Below, in pieces: positions 44,198 to 56,975 of a stretch of DNA of 64,000 bases. The notes under the pieces were generated by a model. The model did not search any database. It had not been told where the DNA came from and saw only the letters and a program-made list of their open reading frames with translations. Numbering within the stretch: the stretch's first letter is position 1; every line of letters starts with the position of its first letter. Position numbers and translations under genes: made by a program. Source of the DNA: Eledone cirrhosa (taxonomy: Eukaryota); NCBI GenBank assembly GCA_964016885.1, contig OZ024748.1:7564001-7628000 (forward strand), given 5' to 3'.

Positions 44198-44745
44198 ATT
44201 GTAATGATCAAGCCGCCTCCCCCCTTCAAAGATGAAGCAGAGGCGGTGTTTCTGTGCGTAATAGCCATGGCGAAAGAGGTTGTATGGTGGACGCGTCTGA
44301 AAGGACTGAGGTCGGGCACCTTTCTCTCTGGCCAACAACTGGTCCGTTTCTTCCGATATCATTTCGGAAGAAGGATCAGGATGGAGAGAGAGGTGCTGCA
44401 CCCAGCCGTTTCTATGAAAGATGGGTGAAAGTGGCGAGAATGGCCCGTGTGAATGGGCCTTCACTCTACATCAGACTATAGGTGAGGAAGATGAAAGACC
44501 AAGGGAGCACCCCTTCTCTGTGCTCCTGAGGAGAAGGGTTGCACACTTTTTTCGGGGGTGTGTGCGACCCCCCAAGGCGCCGCCTCTCTATTGAGGATTT
44601 TGTTAAAAATTTTATTTTTTGTTATATCTTATTTTATTTTTATATTTTGTTATTGCCTCCTCCTTATTGAGGACGCCTTTTTGTGTAAACTCCCCCCATT
44701 GTACTTGTCCCACTTTTGATGCCCTAGTGGCAAATAAAAGAAATA
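44198..44745 (+). mobile_element. 5'-truncated L1/Tx1-type LINE 3' end (copy B, diverged subfamily)
   Basis: AVFLCVIAMAKEVVWWTRLKG...FFRYHFGRRIRMERE followed by a UTR ending AATAAAAGAAATA. Confidence 0.8.
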
Positions 44746-44755
44746 TATCTATCTG

Positions 44756-44846
<91 letters not shown>

Positions 44847-44861
44847 TAGATATATAGATAT

Positions 44862-44896
<35 letters not shown>

Positions 44897-44910
44897 TATA
44901 GATATAGATA

Positions 44911-44976
44911 TATTTCTTTATTTGACACAAGAAAAGAGGACAATACAGAAACATGGCGGGGATTTTACATACAATC
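44911..44976 (-). mobile_element. Very short related LINE 3' end in (GATA)n
   Basis: Minus strand TTGTATGTAAAATCCCC...TTGTCC...AAATAAAGAAATA. Confidence 0.6.
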
Positions 44977-45096
44977 AGATAGATATATATATACCTACAT
45001 CTGCACACACACCACACACACATATATGATAGACTTCCAGGAAGCTCCAACCGTTAAGGTTGATAATTGCAAAGTTAACTGTCACCACACATTATA

Positions 45097-45131
45097 AACC
45101 TGAAGATTGCGAAAGCATGAAAGTACTTGTT
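45097..45131 (+). ncRNA. 35-nt ultra-minimal hammerhead motif
   Basis: AAC-CTGAAGA-TTGC gaaa GCAT-GAAA-GTAC-TT-GTT. Confidence 0.6.
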
Positions 45132-45915
45132 CAATCGTGGCTGTTCATTAAATATATTTTATTAAAGATTCACTTCTTTAAAATTTTCAAATGTCAACAC
45201 TTCCGGTTAGTGATCGTTTAAATAAATATTAATATATTTCTGTCACTAATTTTCTTCTAATGCAGTTTATATATAATATCGTCTTTTATTAATGTATCAT
45301 GGATTACGTTACTGATTACATAAGAGAGTGTAACGCAGTCTTCGTTCAATTTCTGTCAATTACGATTTTGTTTGAGCATATCTACATGCATATATACTTG
45401 CGTATAATATCAATATACACAGCACACATGCTAGCAGTTCTTTAATGTTGCAAAGATCATAATACGTATCTCTATGGCCGGCAGTCTTAGCTGCTCATGT
45501 ATATTAGATTAATGTTAAGATATATGAATATATAAGAAACCAAATTGATACTAAACTTTACTCCAAATGTCACACACATAGAATTCATGTAAATTTATAT
45601 ATAGTTACATTAGTAAAGATATACTTCATTAGAAGCTTACACTTTAATCTGTACTTCTAATAAATATTTGCTCTACGGGTTTATATATATATATAATGCC
45701 AATCAGTGTAAGTTTGAATCTAACTGACATACAAAAACGTATATATAGGAATATGGTAAGCCTAAATCATAGTAGATTCAAATATCACAAAGAGAAAGAT
45801 AGAGTGAGAGTGGGGGGGGGGGGATGAGGTGGAACAGAAATGAACATGGATTGCAGGTTAAAATATAGTCTAGATAGATGAGAAACAAAATGAGGATGTA
45901 GTTTATGGAACACCC

Positions 45916-46385
45916 AATGATTTAGAAGTCGACCTTAAGTTGGAGCAATAATATTAAGAAAAATATGAACGACACCACAACACTTTGGTTTGAAAATTTT
46001 GAAAGTAGGTTTATAAGTATTAATTTTCATGACATTATCCTAGTTGTTTCGTACTAGTGGTAAGTACTAGAGACGGAGAACATCCTGACTTTGGGTTCAA
46101 TCCTCGTCAAGAGGTACATGTATAGTTTTTCAGTTTTTATTTTACAACCCATAGAAAAAAAAACTGAAATGGTTTACTGGGAACCCTACTTCCGACCAGA
46201 TCGAACTTCAGACCAGGATCACCGCCGTCTATGATTCCTGCAACTAGACCACCGAGACAGCTACAAAAGTATGATGAAAATTGATAATTATAAACCTACT
46301 TTCAAAATCTAAGTTAAAAAGATGTGGTGTCGTTCATGGCTTTCCTTGAGCTAATAGTAATATTTAGAGTCGACTTCTGGTCATT
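45916..46385. mobile_element. Long-TIR fold-back MITE-like element
   Basis: Degenerate inverted arms at about 45916-46030 and 46274-46385 (ATGAACGACACCACA/TGTGGTGTCGTTCAT; TTTTGAAAGTAGGTTTATAA/TTATAAACCTACTTTCAAAA). Confidence 0.65.
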
Positions 46386-46597
46386 ATTGAAAGTCTCTGG
46401 ATTTCGCAAAATACATAATATGTTTTATTGGAGAAGTTAAGATGTTTTTCCGCAAAAATTTGATTGCACTGCTTTGTTTCCACTTCTGTATTTTTTGAAA
46501 ATGTTATTTATTCGTTATAAAAATTAAATGATAGCATTTTATATGTAGGTGGGCCCCTTTCATCTCCTGGCAATCAATATTTTTAGACTCAGTCCGC

Positions 46598-46675
<78 letters not shown>

Positions 46676-47219
46676 GATATATACGATATATATATATACG
46701 AACGAACGACCTAACAACAGGAGCAGACGTTGTAGAAGCTAAAATCTGAAGGCGGTTGGTTGTTGTGGTGATATGTGTAAGTGGCGGTAGGAGGGAAGGT
46801 GTAAAAGTGAGCAGAACGCAAAACAGCACCACCGAATCCAATCACCATCCTATGTGATGCTGTGTGACAGCAGCAACACCAGCAACAACAGCAGTAGTAG
46901 CAGCTCACCATCCTATCACTCATAATCTGGCTGACGAACAGGCGAGCTGGCAGGCTGGCAGGCTGGCAGGCTGGTTGGCTTGGCTTGGTTTAGTCCTTTC
47001 TTTTCTTCTCTGTTTTGTTGCTTTCTGTCCTGTCCCTGTCCATTGCACGCCCTTCTCTTCTCTTCACACAAATAGTTCGCAGGTAGATGCGAAATCTTGC
47101 AGAAAATTAATGGTGCATTCAGCGACAATGGGCTTGCCCCGCCGGGGGTAAAATCGCACACACTTGCTACTTTTTTGGCGTCTTACTAGATTTGAGCTTC
47201 ACATTCAGTGTGTGTGTAC

Positions 47220-47351
<132 letters not shown>

Positions 47352-47472
47352 ATATATAATGTGTATAAAACGTTTTGACACAACGAACGAAACTCTAGCT
47401 CTAGCGTGTATAATATATTCTAAGAAGTCAACCATTTTAACTGTCTGTCACGCTCTATACCTATCTGATTAG

Positions 47473-47512
<40 letters not shown>

Positions 47513-47761
47513 CTTCGCACACATATACGCACATACATACATACACACATACACATATATACATACATATACGCACATACACATATACGCACATACATAC
47601 ACACATACACATACATACATATACACACATTTTCCCTGTACATCTGTCTTTTCAATGTGCATGACTTCTACTTATGTTTATATGTTTGCGTATATATATA
47701 TATATATATATGTGTGTGCGTGTGTGTGTGTGTGTCTGTATGTATGCGTACATATACACAC

Positions 47762-47799
<38 letters not shown>

Positions 47800-47805
<6 letters not shown>

Positions 47806-47839
47806 CTCTCTCTATCCAACTCTCTCTCTTTCTCACACA

Positions 47840-47872
<33 letters not shown>

Positions 47873-47907
47873 GCTCTTTCTATCCAACTCTCTCTCTTTC
47901 TCACACA

Positions 47908-47938
<31 letters not shown>

Positions 47939-47979
47939 GCTCTCTCTATCCAACTCTCTCTCTCTTTCTCACACACACA

Positions 47980-48039
<60 letters not shown>

Positions 48040-48072
48040 CTCTCTCTATCCAACTCTCTCTCTTTCTCCTCA

Positions 48073-48117
<45 letters not shown>

Positions 48118-48142
48118 GCTCTCTCTATCCAACTCTCTCTCT
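47800..48142. repeat. Compound tandem unit (TAGCTCTCTCTATCCAAC(TC)n...(TA)n), about 5 copies
   Basis: Direct reading. Confidence 0.85.
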
Positions 48143-48493
48143 ATATATATATATATATAATAAGATTTATTTGTTCTATATGAAAAGTGTTTCTTCTCTC
48201 GCCCCCCCCCCCTCCCCTACAACACTTCGTTCGATTCTTCAGCTACTTTTGTTTCCTATGACAGACAGACATGACAAGACGAAGAAGGAAGATTTAGAAT
48301 TGAGTGCTTCTAGAAACTTCTACTGACTTCTAAATGACATCAATTCTCATACTTCACACCTCCTTCTTTTCACCTACGTCTATTTCATTTCTAAACCTTT
48401 CTCTTCTTCTTGTCTTCAATGTTCCTTTTATTAGTTCTATTATTGTTATTATGATATATGGAGCTGGAACAGAATAGTCCCCAATTAATATGT

Positions 48494-49052
48494 TAATGAG
48501 CTGAGCTGAGTTACCAATACCAGAGGCACAATGGAAGACTATTTTGTTAAAGGACAGATATTTTAGCCCTTCACAACGAATATAAGGGATTATTCTTCAG
48601 AGTAAGTAGCGCAGCCCTTCAAGAATATGCTAATGAGCTGAGCTGTGACTTGGAGTTACCAATACCAGGGACACAATGGAAGACTATTTTGTTAAAGGAC
48701 AGATATTTTAGCCCTTCACAACGAATATAAGGGATTATTCTTCAGAATAAGTAGCGCAGCCCTTCAAGAATATGCTAATGAGCTGAGCTGTGACTTGGAG
48801 TTACCAATACCAGGGACACAATGGAAGACTATTTTGTTAAAGGACAGATATTTTAGCCCTTCCCAACGAATATAAGGGATTATTCTTGAGAATATGTGGC
48901 GCAGCCCTTCAAGAATATGCTAATGAGCTGAGCTGTGGGACGAAGTTACCAATACTAGGGTGACAATGGAGGACAATATTTTGTTAAAGGACTTATATTA
49001 ACGATCCAGAATAAACATAAAGGATTATTCTTCGGAGTATGTTGAGCCCTTC
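48494..49052. repeat. 145-bp tandem repeat, about 3.8 copies
   Basis: TAATGAGCTGAGCTG recurs at 48494, 48631, 48776 and 48921. Confidence 0.93.
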
Positions 49053-49317
49053 GTGACTGACAGATACGTGCTTTTGGTTTGGAGTTGTGTTGTGAAATCT
49101 ATTGTCTTGTGTATGCCCCGCCCCCAACATGAGGTACCCCAGCCCCCTCTAAGGTCTAAATCCAATCCTGGATGGGAAGGAGAAAGAGAGAAGAGTGAGA
49201 GAGCAAACATTAGAAATAGGAACTGAACCCCAGTACCCCACTGGTACTTTATGTATCGACCTCCAACAGAGTCGGAACAAATAAGGCAAAACATTCTATT
49301 TGACTTTCGTCACATTA

Positions 49318-49497
49318 TTGGCAGTATTGGTAGAGGGTCGGACGCCATGCTTTGGCGCATAGAGTTACGGCCCTTGCCATTCTGAGTTCAAATCCCGCCG
49401 AGGTTAACTTTGCCTTTCATCCTTACGGGGTCGATAAAATAAAGTACCAGTAATACACTGGGTAATTGCTGGCCTTGTGCCTAACGTAGAAACAATT
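49318..49497 (+). mobile_element. SINE family B
   Basis: Nearly identical to 36289-36482. Confidence 0.88.
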
Positions 49498-50928
49498 ATG
49501 TATATATATATATAATTTGTGTGTGTGTATGTGTATACATATATATATATATATGGGTGTGTGTGTGTGTGTGTCTGGATTACCTATAACGATAATTTGT
49601 TATCCCATATATATATACATATATATATATGTATATACACACACACACACATAAATATGTGTGTGTGTATGTATATATATATATATATATATATACATAC
49701 ATACACACATATATTTATGTGTGTGTGTGTGTGTATACATACAGTCATTACAAACTCCTGCAAATCAACTTTAAAGATCACACACAAACAAACACAACCT
49801 CCCGCTAAACAGACATACTAGAAAATCCATTAAATAGTCCCATATTTATGAGAACAATAAGGAATTATGAGGTCAGTGGGTGCTCCTTAAATGGGAGGGT
49901 TGACACGAAAACGCAGTTCTCAGTGGGTGGGTTGTTAGCAGAAATATAGGTCCGCTACAGAAATTAAATATAAAATCAACAACGAAATACCGCATGCAAC
50001 CTTATTAATCGTTCATAGTAATAATGATATGAAACAGGTTGTGTTGGGGGTTGCGGGGTTGTGGGGGTGGCGGTTGTGGGGGTAGGGTTATGAAGTGGGT
50101 TATGGGGTGGGTATTTATCTTCTCATACCATATGAACCGGGTATATGCGTCATATGTTGATGACGACTGGTTTATGCATACATACATTCATACGTACATA
50201 CATACATACGTACGTACATACGTACATACATTCATACGTACATACATACATACGTACGTACATACGTACATACATTCATACGTACATACATACATACGTA
50301 CGTACATACGTACATACATTCATACGTACATACATACATACGTACGTACATACGTACATACATTCATACGTACATACATACATACGTACGTACATACATA
50401 CGTACGTACATACGTACATACATTCATACGTACATACATACATACGTACGTACATACGTACATACATACGTACATATATACACATATATATATACATTAT
50501 ATATATACTGTATATGTATATATATATATGTATATACATAGCATATAATATATGTATATATATGAATATATATATATATATAAACATATATATATATATA
50601 TAGGAAAAAGTATGACCCCGACGGCAGAGCTCAAATCGTTTCGACGGCTATTTCTGTTTATATATATATATATATAAACAGATGGATACTATATGTATAG
50701 TAAAAAGTCGGGTTAAGATACAACCTCATATCGAACGAAGAGTAGGAGAGAAATGTAATATTTGATATTTAATATTTGATAAAATTGATACACCAATCGA
50801 AACCGGTAATATTTGGCAACATTTAAATCCATTTAATATAACAATTATTAAAAAATATTCATTCTGTCGGATTAAAGATAGAAATAATCTTTAAATGTAC
50901 CCTTACACATTTACTTTTTACCTTTATA

Positions 50929-50980
<52 letters not shown>

Positions 50981-51113
50981 CGTAAAATTACGTCTTTTAT
51001 ATTATTGTTCTGCATCCCCCTGCATTGAACCACCTAGGTACTATGACATAACCTGTGTATTTGCTGGCATTAGCGTACATCTGTGCGCATATGTTAGTAG
51101 ATATACTAAATTA

Positions 51114-51202
<89 letters not shown>

Positions 51203-51269
51203 ATATAATAAATTATATATATATAATACATTATATATATATAATACATTATATATATATATTATATAT

Positions 51270-51346
<77 letters not shown>

Positions 51347-51502
51347 TTGTTAAATAATAAATAAATCAACTAATACCTTAACACTTCACACAAAGTAAAA
51401 CATTTCGTTTTAATCATTTTCTAACCCAGAAAAAAAGAGAGAGAGAAACAAAAAAGGAAAAAAAAATATTTTTCTTCCTAATAATCGTCTCTTTCTCCCT
51501 GT

Positions 51503-51541
<39 letters not shown>

Positions 51542-51653
51542 TAATGCAATGAAATATCTATGATCGTCGGCAAATCACTGATGAGGGACTTATTTAATTA
51601 CATGTTATCCATGTGCTACCAGCAGTATTTTTCTCCCCATTTTATCATTTTAT

Positions 51654-51711
<58 letters not shown>

Positions 51712-51915
51712 TCTTATTTGCGAGAGTTGGCTCTAAATACCCAGGGGCAGGTATTTTCATGTATGGATTGTACAACCAGCTTGAAATTTGTAATAAATGG
51801 AAGTGAAACCCAACAGGTGCGTGAGTTATTATTGGCAACATGACCCTCCCAAAGTATAACAATATCTCTTTCAACATTCGTTTTCGGATAAGAAAAGAAA
51901 TCTTGCAAACAAATA

Positions 51916-51946
<31 letters not shown>

Positions 51947-51947
<1 letters not shown>

Positions 51948-52443
51948 CAAAAAAAGTTCATTATTTAACGATCGTTTCTAGGATATATATGTGTTAGAAT
52001 TGGCATGCATATTCAACAGATCTATGTACAAAATTATACAAAATTATACAAACTATCAAGATTAAATATACATACCAACACATATATACGCCGTCTTCAG
52101 AATTTCTGAAGACGGCGTATATATGTGTTGGTATGTATATTTAATCTTGATAGTTTGTATAATTTTGTATAATTTTGTACATAGATCTGTTGAATATGCA
52201 TGCCAATTCTAACACATATATATCCTAGAAACGATCGTTAAATAATGAACTTTTTTTGTTTAATATAAGGAACTGTTTTCATTGTTTATTCATTATTTGT
52301 TTAATATTTTATCTTGACTCTGTATACCGTTTATCTTTCACCGAAAGTGATTTTTCATTACATCTCTTCTTTCCATGATATCCGGAATACATTGAGTTCT
52401 TCATACGGATTGGACACTACCGTAAACTCTTGGTAGATTTATC

Positions 52444-52446
<3 letters not shown>
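51947..52446 (+). mobile_element. Family P2 pLTR fragment with perfect ~155-bp fold-back, in (TA)n
   Basis: Palindrome centred near 52103 (TCTTCAGAA T TTCTGAAGA); the 3' tail matches 6636-6835 in reverse. Confidence 0.78.
52102..52243 (+). ncRNA. Hammerhead motif with ~115-nt helix II
   Basis: ATTT-CTGAAGA-[TATATATGTGTT..GGTATGTATATTTAA ... TTGAATATGCATGCC..AACACATATATA]-GAAAC-GATC-GTT-AAAT; mirror copy at 51961-52102 on the minus strand. Confidence 0.7.
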
Positions 52447-52499
<53 letters not shown>

Positions 52500-52520
52500 A
52501 TGAAACCATCAAATTTAAAC

Positions 52521-52552
<32 letters not shown>

Positions 52553-52554
<2 letters not shown>

Positions 52555-52670
52555 CGAAGGAGGTGTGGTAAGGAACCAGATGGACCATAACGCACCAGAG
52601 TACTCAATACTTAGGGTAGTAGAGTGGGTAGTAGGAAAATATTTGACCCCGATGGCTATTTCTGGATTTC
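52553..52670 (-). mobile_element. Family P1 3' fragment
   Basis: AACGAAGG...GTAAGGAACCAGATGGACCATAACGCACCAGAGTACTCAATAC. Confidence 0.7.
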
Positions 52671-52728
52671 TTTTATATATATATATTTATAACCATCAAC
52701 ATAGTCAAGGTATGTCAGGCATCAACTT

Positions 52729-52790
52729 ATTTTATCTGATGAGGACGTCTGTTGAAATAGCTCAGTATCTCTGAAATATGTATAATAAAT
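52729..52790 (+). ncRNA. Hammerhead motif (P4-related)
   Basis: ATTTTAT-CTGATGA-GGACGTCTG...CAGTATCTCT-GAAA-TATGTA-TA-ATAAA. Confidence 0.62.
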
Positions 52791-52833
52791 TATATTTGAT
52801 CACATGAATGTCTATATTTATTAATATTTTGAA

Positions 52834-52872
<39 letters not shown>

Positions 52873-53015
52873 ATTTGACTCCAGTTCCTCAGTGAATTAA
52901 CAACCAAACAAGGAACTGGGCATATCAGAGTATTGACAATATTATACACCTAAACAACATATGTACTTGTCTATACCATACTAATTCTGTACTTGTCTAT
53001 ACCATACTAATTCAA

Positions 53016-53070
53016 ACTGCCTGAAGAGGTCACAGCCAAAGATGGCTGTCACTGAAATATATATAGCAGT
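53016..53070 (+). ncRNA. Minimal hammerhead motif (family P3)
   Basis: Identical to the reverse complement of 18680-18734. Confidence 0.8.
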
Positions 53071-53139
53071 AATAAACGAAGCTAAATTTTAATCATTTGA
53101 CTTTTATTTAACTTTATTTTATATATATATATACACACT

Positions 53140-53296
53140 GTAAACGTGGCTGGTGTTAGGAAGGGCATCCAGCCGTAGAAAACCCGCCAGACAGTCCTAT
53201 ATGAGCAAGACAACCAATCTTGCCTCAAGTGAGAAAATTCCCGTCCAAACCCATGCAAGCGTGGAAGATGGACCTTAAAGATGATGATGATGATGA

Positions 53297-53299
<3 letters not shown>
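53140..53299 (+). mobile_element. SINE/RTE-type 3' tail ending in (GAT)n
   Basis: GGTGTTAGGAAGGGCATCCAGCCGTAGAAAA...AACCCATGCAAGCGTGGAA...(GAT)7; a remnant also occurs at 62448-62498. Confidence 0.65.
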
Positions 53300-53386
<87 letters not shown>

Positions 53387-53521
53387 TTGTTTTAAGGTCC
53401 TATAGTATTTAAAACATTCAAAAAAATGTCTAGTGCTTCAATCAATTTAACATATACGTATATGTGTGTGTCTGTATGTATGTTTGTGTATATATGTATC
53501 TGTATGTGTATTGATATATAC

Positions 53522-53622
<101 letters not shown>

Positions 53623-53703
53623 CGTGTGTGTGTCTGTATGTATGTTTGTGTATTTATGTATCTGCATGTGTATTGATATATACATATATATAAATATAAT
53701 ATA

Positions 53704-53762
<59 letters not shown>

Positions 53763-54082
53763 TAGATATAGATATATAGTGTGTTGTTTATTTGTGTATT
53801 TGTAAATGATTCTTCTTCAAGAGAGGGTGTCTGGGAGTTGTTTTATTGGACACATAACTGACCAATAAAAATCATTTATAAGAGGAACTAAAAACAACAT
53901 GTCTTCTCTACTCTCGCCTATACTCTCGCCTATACTCTCGCCTATATAACGACACTTTAATCAACTATTCATTGTTACATTTATTAGTGCAACACAAATC
54001 TTCCCCTATTAAAAGAAATTTTATATCATCACACTGCAACCATCCTACCTCAACCGACGCCACCCTCGCCACCTTTGAATCT

Positions 54083-54202
<120 letters not shown>

Positions 54203-54250
54203 ACACACACACACACAAACACAAACACTACATATATATATATATATATA

Positions 54251-54405
54251 TAACGAAGGAAATGTGGTAAGGAACCAGATGGACCATAACGCACCAAAGT
54301 ACTCAATACTTAGGGTAGTAGAGTGGGTAATAGGAACAAGTATGACCCCGACGGCAGAGCTCAAGCCGTTTCGACAGCTAATTCTGGACTAAATACTTGT
54401 TCCTA
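54251..54405 (-). mobile_element. Family P1 fragment
   Basis: Matches 4397-4535; a short inverted tail ATACTTGTTCCTAT follows. Confidence 0.72.
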
Positions 54406-54466
54406 TATATATATATATATATATAGAGGATCATATTGTTGTAATACTATTGCCAGAAATAATAAC

Positions 54467-54585
<119 letters not shown>

Positions 54586-54717
54586 TGCAAAAGTTCTATT
54601 TAAGTTGTTGGGATACAACAAGCAAATATTTTTATAACTGATATAAAGCACTCGACAAATATTTGGAGTAGATATACGATATTAATAAATGGAAACTATA
54701 TTTATAAAACCATATTT

Positions 54718-54780
54718 ATTTCATTATATATATTTCAAGGATACCAAGTTAAATTATGGTATGCCTTCATCAGACAAAAT
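54718..54780 (-). ncRNA. Minimal hammerhead motif (P4-related)
   Basis: ATTTTGT-CTGATGA-AGGCATACCA...TGGTATCCTT-GAAA-TATATA-TA-ATGAAAT. Confidence 0.75.
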
Positions 54781-54913
54781 ACAATATATAACAGTTTTAT
54801 AAATAGACATTGACGTACCCTTTTATATATATATACATATATATATATGTAGTGTTTGTGTGCATATATATATATATATATAGAAGTAGTAACACAACAG
54901 TTAGTTAACCATA

Positions 54914-54954
54914 CCGGGAACAATTGTTTCACTTTATGCGGATCCTCAGCTCGG
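54914..54954 (-). ncRNA. Hammerhead motif (family P5)
   Basis: CCGAG-CTGAGGA-TCCGCATAAAGT-GAAACAATTGTT-CCCGG. Confidence 0.6.
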
Positions 54955-54966
54955 ACTGGTCATGGT

Positions 54967-55019
<53 letters not shown>

Positions 55020-55260
55020 CAATAGCCTGAAGTTGAATGGTCCTATTCTCTTTAATAAGCTGCTGCCAAGAAAATTAGAAAGATCTGTATGGTGGGGACA
55101 TGGGGGTTTTCAAGAAACATCTTGACTCTCTGCTATCCAGGAAACCAGATGAGCCCACAGCATGGAAAGAAGGTAACCTAAGGGGCAGTACCAACAGACT
55201 CGGGATTCGACGGCTGAGCTCCTGCCGTTTTATCAGCTACTTCTAGACTTTAAACTGGTT

Positions 55261-55335
<75 letters not shown>

Positions 55336-55430
55336 TATATATACGTAGGTCCCGGGTTGAGTCGTGGATAACCACAGTAAGTAAGGTACTCAATACATGG
55401 CAGAGTAAAATTTTTTTATTTTATAGAAGG

Positions 55431-55479
55431 AGCTTCTACAGGACTAGTACTGTTTCATTCAGATGAAATCTTCAGGAAG

Positions 55480-55481
<2 letters not shown>
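55431..55481 (-). ncRNA. Complete type I hammerhead motif (family P6)
   Basis: AGCTTC-CTGAAGA-TTTCA tc TGAAT-GAA-ACAG tactagtc CTGT-A-GAAGCT (GUA site). Confidence 0.78.
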
Positions 55482-55521
<40 letters not shown>

Positions 55522-55599
55522 TATTATAATGAAATGACAGGAGGCTGGATTTGTGTAAATCCTTGAACCTCAAACCTGAATAAGTATATACATATATTT

Positions 55600-55633
<34 letters not shown>

Positions 55634-55796
55634 ATGTATATATATATAAGTGTGTATGTGTGTGTGTGTGTACACATAGTGTGTATTGTTTTTCCTACAT
55701 ACTGTTCAATATATATTTGTACTTTACATGGATTAATAAATTATTTGAGCTGTATTAATTAATTTTAAAAATAAAACCCTTAACACAATTATACCT

Positions 55797-55828
<32 letters not shown>

Positions 55829-56035
55829 GATATATATATATATACACACAACATCCCAACCACTTTTACTCCAACAAATTACAACAAACAATCTTTTTAA
55901 CCAACTTAACCAGACATGTTTGACTTGCACCAGAATGTAACTATTTATTTTACTAAAGCCTCACCTGAAACCATTTCTTTCAAATGAAACAGTTCTAGTC
56001 CTGTAGAAGCCATTTGTTCTCTCCCCTATCCGCAC

Positions 56036-56071
56036 TTTCCTGATGAAGGACATCTGTCCGAAACGTTGAAA
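56036..56071 (+). ncRNA. Minimal Penelope-type hammerhead motif
   Basis: TTTC-CTGATGA-AGGACA tc TGTCC-GAAACGTT-GAAA. Confidence 0.78.
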
Positions 56072-56190
56072 CCTGCTCTACTTCCACCAAGCGTGAACCT
56101 AATATAACTGTGTACAATTACCTCCTGTGTTTTGTTTGTTCATTTTCAACTATAAAAATATATATATATTATATATATACACACACATAT

Positions 56191-56288
<98 letters not shown>

Positions 56289-56975
56289 TCAGATACACAC
56301 CAGCACATACATACAAGTCGACGCTCATAACTACAAATACTCATACACACACACACATACCCTCACATACACACATACACACACTTACACACATACACTC
56401 ACACATCTATACAAACACATAAATGAAACCATCTAATTACATTCTGTCCTTCCCTCCCTCTCTCCCCCTCGCTCACACCCTCTCTCACCCTCTCTCACCT
56501 TCTCTCACCCTCTCTATATATCGCTCTCTAGTAATGGAGGAACTGTGTGGTGTGGTGGAGGAGACAGTTTTTAACAAGAATCTCCTACAAGATGTTTCTA
56601 TCGTGACGTTTACCGTTCCTCTGTGTATTCTGTTGAAGATCTCAGACTGGAATGACATCAACTGTGCGCTTTGAATCACATTACAACAACAACAACAACA
56701 GCAACAACTACAACAACTACAACAACAACTAAACATATCAGACACCACTCGGCACGCAACCTTAGCTTCAATACAGAAATGGACCTCCGTCTGTTTCCAC
56801 GATGAGAGTTCCAGTTCATGAAATTAAAGTGTAATAAATGGATGTACCTTTAACCTAATTCTCAGGGAGATTCAGCGTCTGACAAAGCTGGCCCTTTGAA
56901 TTATTTGTAGAAAGTTACATTTTCTTTTCTATGTTCATTTTAATAAATGAAATAAATATATATATAAATACATAT

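Noticed and set aside
48550-48605. Possible tandem retrozyme (minus-strand CTGAAGA plus hairpin in the 145-bp repeat)
   Set aside because: No GAAA after the hairpin and no helix I complementarity.
51578-51620. CTGATGAGGG hammerhead start
   Set aside because: No downstream GAAA/NUH; similar unsupported cores occur at 5390, 12358, 37592 and 42543.
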